Shown here: piece after piece, positions 23,001-35,000 of the stretch
Position numbering within the stretch: the first letter of the stretch is position 1
Layout of the letters: every line of letters starts with the position of its first letter
Assembly (NCBI GenBank): GCA_051294375.1
Contig: CM119265.1
Span: forward strand, 20,804,221 to 20,868,220
Direction: 5' to 3'
Source: Paraspadella gotoi
Lineage: Eukaryota; Animalia; Chaetognatha
Length of the DNA: 64,000 nucleotides
The notes under the pieces: model-generated
The model's input: only the letters and a program-made list of their open reading frames with translations
Databases searched by the model: none
What the model was told of the DNA's origin: nothing
Translations under genes and position numbers: made by a program

Positions 23001-26000
23001 CGTTTTTTATTGCAATTTTTCAATACAAAAAATATTTTATTTTTTTCCAGGCCTTTATGGACATACGGCTGTGTATCACGCCAAATCGAAATCCATTTAC
23101 GTCTTCGGTGGTTACGAGTATCAAATGGACACGACGGTGATAACCAATCGTCTCTACGCCCTCACCTACCCGGGAGGGCATTGGAATCTCCTGCCACCAG
23201 AGCCGAGTGAGGAAGAGCGAGGCTATATCCCCCACCCGCCCCCCTTTGAATTCTTCTCGCTTTTCGAATCGTTTCAGATTACGTGCGGTTTCTTCTTTTA
23301 TTTTTATATTCCGACCTCGATCTTTAACTGCAGTTTTTATCGTCGCAATCGCTTACACTTGCGACAATTTTGTGACAATGGTCCCCATAAATGTCGTTGT
23401 GGGCGTTGCAAATTATAGATCGCCTTTTCTAATATTAATATTAATATTTATAAGTTGAGCTCTTCAGCGGCTGAAAGTTACGCGTCTCTTTCTCTCTCTT
23501 CCTTCATTTCATTCGATTCATTTCAATTAATTAATTTTATTTCATTTTATATTCAATTTTATTTCATTTTATTCATTCAATTTTATTTATTTATATTTAA
23601 TATTTCTTTTTTATATATTAAGCTAAGTTTTTGTATAAAACTTAATTTTCCTGTATCAATTCAGATTTTTTGTAATAGGTCCAGAATTTTTTCATGGGAT
23701 TGTGACGATCCTTATACTTTAAGATTTTTTTATTCATTTCCTGAAGATTAAGTTTCTTATTTAAGTAAATTTAATGTTGTGTATTGTTGACCTTGACTAT
23801 ATATTGCGTTGACTTTTTTTGTGTTTGCTCTACTTCCAAGCAAACCAATTCTCAGGAAGCCCTTTTGATTTAGTTTTTTTCCCCTTCTTTTTAAAAAAAA
23901 AATTGACAAAAAGTTGGGTTTGTTTAAAAAGCTGAGGAAAGAATGACTCAAATTGCCGCCAAGTCAAGAGTCAGAGAGAAAGCGAGAGAGAATGAGAAAA
24001 AAAAAGAGGGAGAGAGAGAGAGAGATCAATTCAAACAGAAGGATGAAGGACAACCTTTTTAGCAAACGGGGGAGTTTCAATGTAAAATCTGTCCTTTAAT
24101 AAAAGTATGTGGGTTGAAAAATGTGTCTCCATTTGACAAATCAAATTTGAAAGGTTTTAAAATCTATGGCTTGTTTATAAATCAACCTTGATTTAAAAAT
24201 CAAAATAGAATAAACGTTAGATATACCACCAAAGAAGAATCAGGATTCTGATTAAACTTTTCCAATGTTTCAAGAAAAAAAATGTTATTGGTGCCAGATA
24301 TTTGGTCCCGACCTACGAACGAAGTTGGCAACTCCCTTGTTTTTGTTTTCCAACTATATAGTTTCGCCATTTGGGCTTTTTTTTCTCTCTCTCTCTAACC
24401 TCAACAGAAATCATGAAAAAAAGTCTATCCCCTCGAAAACTTTTCCCTAACTTCGTTGTATTGAAACCGTTGCCCTGTGGTTTTCTTCACACGAATTTTT
24501 CCCACCCTTGCTGTATCCCGTAGGCGTCAAAGTGTCACCTCGCTTTTTCCACGCGGCTGTCGGATTCCCCGATCAAATGATCGTTATCGGAGGAAGAAGT
24601 CCCGATCGGGATTTCGACCCTGAAGTCCTCAGCTACTCTTACCAATGCAACGAGTGGCGAAAACTCGGGTGAGGAATTCCTCCTTTAATCCATCAAATAA
24701 TCTTAATTGATTGCTATGTTAATTAATTTCCAAATTCATTTTCCCCTCATTAGGCCGGATAGTCAGTACGTCGCTTCTCCCGTCGTGCAAATGTGGAATC
24801 AATTCAAAGGAACTATAGCTCATCGAGTAAGTTCTCATTCGGGTTGAACTACATTTTCAGAAAAAAATAGCGCATCGGTTTTTTAATGCAGTTTATACTT
24901 GTGATGTCGATATTGAAACAAACATTTTATACATATAAAAAACACTTATACACAATTATATACGTTGAAAAGAGGACAATGGACAATAATTGGACATTGT
25001 CGTATAAAGTAGATAAATAAGAGTTTTATTGTGCGTGAAATATTATACCACTTGATTTTTCTTCAATATCTGTCGAACCTGAGGGAGCCTTTGTTTTTTC
25101 CTGAGTGATAGAATTCATGGTTGACGCCGTTGTTGCCGATGGGCGCGCCGTCGACGCCGACGTGCGGGTCGTCGAGCGGGGGGACGTCAAAAGCAGCGCC
25201 GACCGGAAGTTCGTGATCGAGTCCGATGCCGTCGTGGGAAAGCTCCGTGCCGCTGGAGGCCCGAGAAACGGTTTAAGAAAGAAGAACAAAGAAAAGAGCA
25301 AGATCGTTCTATTGTCTACCTCGTTCCGTTAAGATCGTGCGATTTTTCGCTTTTGCAAAATCCTTTTTTGATGATAATTATGACGAGGATGATTACAATG
25401 ACGAGAGCGCTGAAGGCAGCAAGAATGCCTGTGGGAACAAAATATATCGCATGATTTTTCTCATTTAGAAATAATTTTAATAGTACGAATTTGTCTCATT
25501 TCCATTTTCCATTAAATTCCAAAACTGACCAATCAGGACTCTCCAGTCCTGCATGATCCCAATGACCGAATCCGAGGTGGTGTCGTTGGCAGGCTCGTTA
25601 AGATCCAGCGTAAGGGTGACCTTTTCTTGCTTCTCCAGATTTCCTGTGGATAAAGTAAGGGAAATAATTCGGAGGGGGGGAATTTACGGATGGAATTTTT
25701 ATTTTGGAATTCGGTTACCGTCGCTATCTCTGATCACAATTTGGTATTCTATCGTTTGAGCGTCGCTGAAGGGCAATGAAACGCCTTTCTCGTCGAATTT
25801 CTCGAACACTTGACTCTTGACCACGAGGACGGCCTGGAAACCCAAGTTTATCTTCCGCACCACCTGAATGAAAATGCCAGACTTTGGTTTCTATGGCCGA
25901 AACAATTGTTAAAATGCTGATTTTTTTAAGCATTACCTCTTTGTGCATGGAATGGTTAAGATTCTGCCCGTCCATTGTCAGCCATTGGAAGCTTCTCGGC

Positions 26001-29000
26001 GTGCTCGGCGGATAGGAAGTGTAATTACACCAGAGGCGGTAATCTTCTGCCTTTTTGATTGCTACGCGATTTTTGGTGCAGCTAAGACGCGGAGGAAACT
26101 GAACCACCAGATTTCTGTACTCGCAACTGCTCACAGGGTAGCTGTGGTTCCAACGTGGGTGTTGGACCACACATCTAGCCGTCGATCCATAATCCTTACG
26201 AGATTTTAATAAAAAAAAAGTTAAGAAATGTTTTATTTATTTATTTATTTATTCATCAGGACGCAAAAGCCAAAACACACAAGCCAAAACACACTAACCT
26301 TAAAGGCAGGTTTGTATTCCAATATGGCCGTCGCTCGGTTTTCTCCGTCTTCGCGCACGGAATTTTTTAAAGAGTTGCCGACTGACCACTGCAGTTTAGG
26401 AACTCTCCCACCGAAAACCATCGCCGAACAGTTCATAAAAAACGGAGTTCCCTCTCGCAAATCAGGCAATTTGGGAGGAGAACATACTGGACGTCGAATG
26501 ACGGTCACCAATCCTAAACGAATTTGGCAAACTTGATCCTATGAAAAATCTGTTGCACAACGTCTTAGAAAATAAGGACCCCCTTCGTCCTTACCGATGA
26601 CCTGATCCTGAACGACGCCATCCTCGAAGGTGACCTTGCATCGATACTCCCCCGCCTCCGCCGACGCTACGTTGGCGATTCTCAGGGAGTAGAAATCCCC
26701 GTTTGTCTCGGCGAAGTAGGTGTCGCTCTTAAGCGGCCATCCCTCGACGTCCGCGTGACGCAGCCAGATGTCGTTGAGGAAGAGATCGCGCGAGTCGGAG
26801 ACGCGGTACCATCGCCGTTGAATTACCTAGCATCATCGTTTTCATTTTGTATATATTTACTATTGGTTCAACTTTTTTTTTAAATTATTATTTTTTCGCG
26901 GGAGGGGAAATATTTAGGGAATTAGATAAATGCTATTACCCTCTTATCTCCGGGAAGGTTGCAGTAGATTGTGACGTCTGCTCCGGGAGGAACGGCGGTT
27001 ACCACCTTTCGGGTCTTTTTGCCGCTTTGAGCGTTCACCCGTCGAAGAAACAAAAAACATACTAACACAAAGCTGAAAAGATGGAGCCAATGAAGGCGTC
27101 GATGGCGGGTTGTCGGAACGGGATTTCCTCCGCGGTACAACGTCATTAATACTCTGGCGGAGTTTTTTTCGACTCGATCATCATTTCTCAGGGTCTCGTG
27201 GTCCCAGGCGCTTTTTTCATTTGCCAAATTCATGTTTATTTTTTAAGTTATTATTTTTTTTTTATTTAGCAGATTATGATTTCACGTTATAATGTAAGAT
27301 TTTTTTTTCGGTCGAATCTTCTAAAACTCTCAAACACGAGTCACTCACTCGCAACGGCAGAGTTGACATTTCCGCCGGCGACGGAAAAATCGGATTCGTG
27401 GTCAAAGTATTTAACCAGAAGTCGAAGAAAGAGAATGGAGAAAAAAAGAAGAGGCGATTATTGTCCCGAAGTCGCCACGACAAACGCCAGAACAGAAAGT
27501 GACTATTTCTTTGTTGTTTTTTTTTTCTTAATTCTTTCTCTTTTTCTTTTGACCTTTTTTTGGGTAAACTTCTCTCTATTCTCGAAAGCTCCGAACGACG
27601 ACGACGATGATGAAAAGACTCGTCGATGTTTTCATCGACGAAAAAAAGAAAGAATCTCTGCAGATGGAATTTTTTGTGAAGAGAAAAAAAAGAGAGGAAG
27701 ATAAGAACGAAGAGAGACAGAGAAAGAAGAAGAATGAGGCGAAAGATAAAGAGAGATGAGGAGGAGGAGGAGGGGAAGAGAAAGAAGGGGGAAACAAATT
27801 CGCCCAGGATTTAAATAGAAAAAAAGGGGAAAAATAAGGATAAGTGGAGAAGGGGAGGTGTAGTAGAGACGACGAAGAGGAGATCCACGGATTCGGCGCG
27901 AAATGCAAGAGAATTTTTCATCGACGCAGAAATTGTGATTTGTTTTTATCCTTCGTCGTTGACGACGGCTGCTGTTTCTCCGAAGCGGGGGGGAAAAAAG
28001 GGACTCCCTGGGCGCTTTGCTTGTACGATGCTTCGGTCCCCAAATGCGAGAGGGGGCGATAAATTAGTTTTTTCTCCGAGAGGTATTCTTGGGGACTCCC
28101 AGACTTTCTCGGAGACGAGTCTTTGGCATGAGTTCAAGGGGGTGGGAGGGAGGAGGCTATGTTGACAGTTCAAGGATCTTCATTTCTTTTTAATGCCATT
28201 CGTTTTAAAGACAAAGATGAATTGATTATAAAGATGTTCTGTGGATCTACTTTCTACAAAGCATATTTGGGTTACTTTTACTTTCGCCGACCGGGGTTAG
28301 GGAGGGGTTAGGGTTAAGGGTGGTTATGGGGTAGTTAGGGTTAAAGGGTTAGGGTAATTAGATAATTTTTTTTTTTTAATTTTAAAATATTTTTAAGTAG
28401 TTTTTCAAAAGCTGCCAAAACCGCGGTCGGCGAAAGTAAAATTAGCCGCATATTTTTATTTTTAGAGTTTTGTGTTGAAACTAAAACCACTTAGTTTACA
28501 TTTAATTTTAAAGATATCTCGTTTTACTCGGCAAACATAAGAAAACAAGACCTAACGCCATGTTTGCCAATTTTGTTTGTCGGTTAATAAGTATGCACAA
28601 TTGCACATTTGTTTTTTCAAACATTATTTTGCTATATAGAAAGGCTTTAAAAAATTTTTTTCCTCAAGTTATACGTGAAAAGTAATCTTTTAAATCCCTA
28701 AATCCATTAGCCAAAGCTTTGCATACATTAATTAACAAGTATACTTAAGAAAGGTTTTGACCCTTTTCGAATTTCCTGCGGAAACAAGAGATTTTTTAAA
28801 AAAATTACTTCGTTTTGGTTAATTAAAAAGGAAGGAATTTTTTTTTAAAAAATCGGATTTTCAAAGTTCAGACTCTTGAGCAAATCGAGAAGTTAGTTGT
28901 CAATGTCTATTTTTTCTCCTATTGGCGTGGCCAACTTGTGGTTTTAAACATCCCAAATCAAATGATTTTTTTTAGGGAAGAGCTTGGGAAAAATGGAATT

Positions 29001-32000
29001 TCGCATAGGAGTTTGGCTTTGTGATTTTTTAAATATAGAGCCCTACGGCTTGTTCATCAATAGAGCAGAACTTTTACTGTGGTAAAATACGAAACTTTAA
29101 AACGTTCGGGCATAGGTTACCTTACTTCATCCATTTTTTTATCCGAAAACTAACTTCTCATAACTTCTTTTAACTTGTCTCTCTGCCCAGGCTGCGGTTG
29201 TTGGTGACGCCATTTACGTCATGGGGGGATTTGACGGCGAGTCACGCGGGGAACTCTTTCGCCTCCACATTCCCGTCGACATTTGCGCCATCTATTCCGG
29301 GAACGAAAAGGACTGCGTATTTTCGCTCGGCTGTTCTGCATGTTCCTTGGCCTCTGATGAGAACAATATGGTAACTTTGAATTAAAATAAAAGTGATTTG
29401 ATATTTTGATGATATCATTTTATTTTTAAGGCTATTGCTAGTTTAGTAAACTGTACCTCTTCACCAAGAGCAATTTCTGATAAATTTTAAAATTTCTGGC
29501 GTCCTGTCACAGACTATCTGCTATTCCAACCACTTGCCAATGCCCGAAGACTGCAATCTTCGAGCCCAGGGCGTAACTTGTGATCTTCAACGTCTAAATA
29601 GCACGGCCGTTTCTGCCGACGGTTGCGGGCGCCACAGGGGTTGTCCCCATTGCTTGGCTCTGTTTCCGGTCCACGGCAACAAGAAACCTCTTTGTCAATG
29701 GTGTTCTAATTGCCCCGAAGGACGTTGTATGCTTGCAGGTGAGTTATTTAATAATTATTTGTATCAAAGAAGAAAAAACTTTCAATCAAAATATTTTTAA
29801 CTCCGATTCATAGGAAAAAACTGCAGCAACGAAAACTACTGTCGTCGTGAACAGCGCGTGATCTCCCACAACAACGACTGCGTGGAGGAATTGTGTCAGG
29901 CCCCGGATTGCGTCACGTGCAAGTCATTGAAGGTAGCTCGCTTTCCGGGAAAGTTGTGATCGTTGCAAACTTACTGGTTTTTTGGCAATTTTTTTTTTTT
30001 TAATCTTCACAGTTGTCAGTCAGAAGAAACGACAATCTTTCCTCTTGCATTTGGACGCAGCAGTTCAAACGATCTTCCGAGGTATACTGTATTTAGTATT
30101 TTAGCCGAAATTACAATTTTGTACCTTTGAGGTGTTTCTATTATATATGAATACGTGTATATGTGTTTACGTTCTTAGGAAGTAAATAAATTGCGTGTAA
30201 AAATCAGAATGGATTGATATTCTTTCCTTCATTGTTGCACTTGAAGCAATTAAGTCGATAAATAATCTGCGTGTCTTACTCTTTAAAAAGAATTTTCAAA
30301 GAAAGAAAATTTTAGTAATTGTTAAATGTAATATTAGTCAAGTTACAAACTGAGGGATAGGATGACAAGATGACAACTGGATGACACTAAAAAAGGAAGA
30401 GAACGCAAAGAACTTGACACCTTATGACAAATGGTGGACGTTGTTTTGGCCAGGTTTCCCGAAAGCTCGCTTTGACGCCCATATACGACTGGAATTGCGT
30501 TACGCGGAATTTGCTCGAGGCCACGCCCATCGGCATCGCTTCTTCACCGCCTCAGCCTTGTCCCCAGTACTGTTACGAGCACACCACTTGCAGGGTGAGT
30601 GCTCGAATTATTGGTACATCATTTTGACCCTATCTTGACTTTTCTCTCTTAATCCCATTTTAGTCTTGCGTGGAATCGCATGGCGGCGAAGGAGGCCACC
30701 AATCTTGCCGCTGGTCGGAACTGATGCAAGAATGCCTCACGCCGTCTTTCTTACCGCTGCATTGCGCCAACGGAGAGTGCGGACGCATCATTTGGGGATC
30801 GCCCTCCTCCGATCCCTGTCCCCAGCCCTGTGCCAAGAACACCCAGTGTTCTACTTGTCTAGCTCAGCCAGGTTGCGGATGGTGCGCTTTGGAAGGTAAA
30901 CAAAAACCACGTTTTCTTTTATTTTTGAAACTACAATAAATACTACTCGCACGCTTTTACCCCATCTTACCAGGCTTGAACGGCATGGGGGCCTGCATGG
31001 AAGGAGGCGTGCGCGGTCCGGCCACGGGCGTCTGTCTTCCCGGACGCAACGTGACCTACGGCGACGAAGAGTCTGACGCCCGCGCCATCCCCGATCTCGA
31101 AACATTCGCGACGCTGCAGGCGGCCTCCAGCGGCGGGAGCTGGAACTACGGCGATTGCCCGCCGGAGAACGAGTGTGAGAACGACCACCACGACTGCGAC
31201 AGGGAAAACCAAGAGTGTCGCGATCGCCACTCCGGTTTCGAATGCGTCTGCAGAGAGGGATACGAGAAAAAGCTTGCGAGCACTACGGTAAGAAACTCAT
31301 GAGAATTGATCGCTAAGGCTGCGATTCGACGTAGGGCTGTTCCTCTTTTTTCTTTAGTGCGTTCCCGTTTGCGAAAACGGATGCGATCATGGAGATTGCA
31401 TCTTCCCGAACGAATGTCGGTGCCACTTCAGTTTCGTTGGGAATAGTTGTTCAACAGGTAATTTAAAAGAACTACTTTTATCTAAATAATTAGTTTTTCT
31501 CTATTTAATTTTATCAAATTTATTTTATTAAGAATGCAAATGCAACGGTCATTCGAATTGCCTCAACGAAAACAACGTCAGCAGATGCCTCAAGTGCTAC
31601 AATGACACGACGGGATCGCAGTGTCAGTTTTGCAAACGCAACTTCGTCGGAGACCCCATTTCCCGCGTCAGGTGTAAGCCTTGTAGGGAATACTGCAATC
31701 AACATTCTGATGTTTGCATCGCGAGCAACGTAAGTTCTAAGGGCGAACACATGAAGACTAAGGTAAATGGCCTTTTTGCTTGATCGAGCTTTTCCACCTT
31801 TCGCGGTTCCGCAGGCCGTCCTGACTCACGGCCCGCGAGAGCTGGACAACCCCGTCTGCGTCAACTGTACTGGCAACACTGAAGGCGACAAGTGTCAATA
31901 CTGCATCGATGGATACTTTCGACACGCTCGTTCTGGGCCCCAGGCCGAATGTAACAAGTGAGAGAGTAATGGGGTATTTTACATTTTAACTTTTTCTGGA

Positions 32001-35000
32001 CCAATTTTTCTCGTGTTTTCGAAGGTGCCATTGTAATGGCCATAGCGACCAGTGTAACAAACTCAATGGCGAAGACTGCAACTGCGGCAATAATACAGTC
32101 ACCAACTGCCCCAGCATCGGGAGTGGAGCATCATCTGATGGTTTGTGAAAACAATAATTGATGTTATGGCAACGGGGAGACATGTGTGCTGTCCAGGGTG
32201 TGAGACATCTCCCGACAGCTGGCGCTCAGGGCTTTTGACCTGCAGTGACCACCCCATGTCACTGGTATGTTTATGCTGACACCATCACACTTAACCAGCA
32301 TGACCGTAAAGGGATTGAACCCGGAACTTACGGTTGGTGAACGATTACTTAGCTGTCCAAGCTAACGGGACGGCAAATTTAGGATTCGCCACATTAAAAC
32401 TAAATTCACTACTTTTTTAAAGAGTCCGAATGCTGGGAGAAACAGTGCAGCCAATGCCGCGAAAGCTTTCAAGGGCAGCCGACCGAGGGGCATCAATGTT
32501 ATCGTCAAATGTCGGTGGATCACTCAATCTGCCTCGATCCAAGCAACGGGTTTCCGGGCGATTGCTCCAAGTCCTTGCCTCCTGGAAAGGCTCTTTTCTA
32601 CTTCGTGCAGCCCAAGTACCTCAACGTCGACATTCGGTTGACAATCGACGTTTCTCAAGGAGCCGTCGACGTCTTCTTCAGTCCCTTCAAGAAAACTTTC
32701 AAGGTTCTTTCATCGTTTCCTAGGTTTCACCTAGTGAATTAGACTCAATAGAAATTTTGATCGATTCGATTCTACCCAGGTGGGCCTCGATTCGTCTTGG
32801 CATCACGTGGTCGAACTCGATCGAAACCTTTACGCCTATGACGGATTCGACAATCATCACGACAACGAAGCGGTCACGACTCCGCAGCCGTTGACAAATT
32901 GGGCTCAGAGTCTGCAATCGCGGCGGCGGCGATTCGTCGAGTCTGACGTCGGCGCCGAACGCGAATTTTCAGACGGAAAAAATGTGGATTCCCTGCGCAA
33001 GATTCTTCCCACGATTTCCAGGCGAGATCTATTTCCGTTCATTTCATAACATTTTTTTTTTAGTTTGAGTGAAGAAACTTTGTATTTTTATTTACAAACA
33101 ACGATTTTATTAAGAAACAAATAACGGACATGTTTGAACTTGTAAGCGCGAATTAAATGATTTTCACAGTTTGTTTTAGTTATAGTTATAGTTATACTAT
33201 AACCAACTCTGTATTTTCTAGAGCTTGTTTAAAAGCTTGTTTAAATACAAGTGTATTTTCTAGAGCTTGTTTAAAAGCTTGTTTAAATTGTTTAAAAATG
33301 AGACTGCGATATATGGACAATACTTAAATCATCTCCAATCTTAAAATGAATTTGTAAACTCTGTGAGAATTTCCGGGAATTTGAAAAGAAAAGATAAAGA
33401 TAAAGATAAAGATCCAAGCAAAGCTTAAAGTTTCTATCTTCCAAGTCTCTAGTCTCAAGCCTCAATCATCCTCATCTTCGTTTCTAAGTTTCCAAGACAA
33501 AGATAGCTTCCAGTCCCTGCCATGCCCTTTTCTTGCGGGGGGCCATGGGTAAAGGAAGACATGGGTAAAANNNNNNNNNNCGCAGATGAAGACGAGTCAA
33601 AGTCGAAACATGTCCGTTATTTGTTTCTTAATAAAATCGTTGTTTGTAAACAAAAATACAAAGTTTTATTCTCTCAAACTAATTCTAAAACGCAACGAAA
33701 GAAAGCATTCACACAACATTTTTTTTGCAAAATTATTAATTAATGTGGTAAACAAGCTAACTCAATCGTGATTACTTTTACTCAGTTCCCGTCCAGAGTA
33801 TCCCAGGAGGCGAAGTCACGCCTCAGTCGCCGAAGACGTCAGCGTCGACTCGCCGGAAACGACGGAGACGAATGCTGCTCCCGGAACTGCGGGCGACAGT
33901 GGTCATCATAACAGCGGTTAGTTGCCGCCTTTTCGTTCACTTATTGCCGTTTGTTTCTTTAACTCCGTCTTTTTCCCCAATGCCCTCCATCAACAGATTC
34001 CCCAAAGAAGAGGGTGGCTGTGGTCCAAAGAGTCGCTGGCGAAAACCTCAACACTTTTGTCACTTTGCGCGATAATCAATCAGTGCTTCTAGTCAAGGTT
34101 AGTTCTCTCAAGGCCTTGACTCTAAAACTGCGCATTTAAACAGACTAACGTATCCTAACTAACAGTAACAGATTAAGGGAGTGGTCTTTTCATACAATTG
34201 AAACATTCTTTGAAACATTATACCTCTTCATTGATAGAGAAGCCAGGTACTCTGGGAGTGAATAAACGAGAAAATGAGAGTCTTTATTGAATGCTTGCGG
34301 GGGACCTGCTATGTCATTATCTTGTAAGAGTGATGGAGGTCTTAAACCACCAAAGCCTGTCCAAAGTCAGGGGCAAGATAGCTTATTTATTAAATGAATG
34401 GATAATTTTTATATTGGTTGTACCAATTTAATATCCTACCCCTTCCACTCCATTTATCCCACTTCCCCTCAAAAAAGGACGTTCGGTACCGCCTGGTCGT
34501 CTCCCTTCCTCTCGACGTGTTCGATTTGAGGACGTCGCGATTTTACGTGGCCATCGTCTCCAAGAGCGGAACGGGCGACCACTCCAACGGTTCCATCGGA
34601 AATCTCTTCTTCCGTCAAGATCAGCCGCACATAGACCTCTTTGTCTTCTTCTCCGTCTTTTTCTCTTGCTTTTTCCTCTTTCTCGCCGTCTGCGTCGTCA
34701 TTTGGAAGATGAAACAACAGGTTGGCTCGGAGAGTTCTCACTTTTGATTTTTGAACTTATTTGTCTAATGTTTACTTCTTTTTCCCCCCCCCCGTTTCGT
34801 TTTCTAGGTGGATATGCGCCGCGCACGCCAACGTGCCGCCATCGAGATGGCTCACATGCGGAGTCGCCCCTTTTCGCGTGTCAGCGTGCTTTGTTCTCCG
34901 ATCCCAGCCGCTGTCAATGGTGACAAGACACCCGTTATTTCCGCCAGCGATTTAGCGTCCTTCCCCGCCAACCGGACCTCCTCTGCGCAAACGGCGCCCA

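Noticed and set aside
28295-28340. Interstitial telomere or chromosome fusion scar
   Set aside because: The repeats are short, degenerate and enclosed by TIRs and a TSD, so they are part of a MITE.
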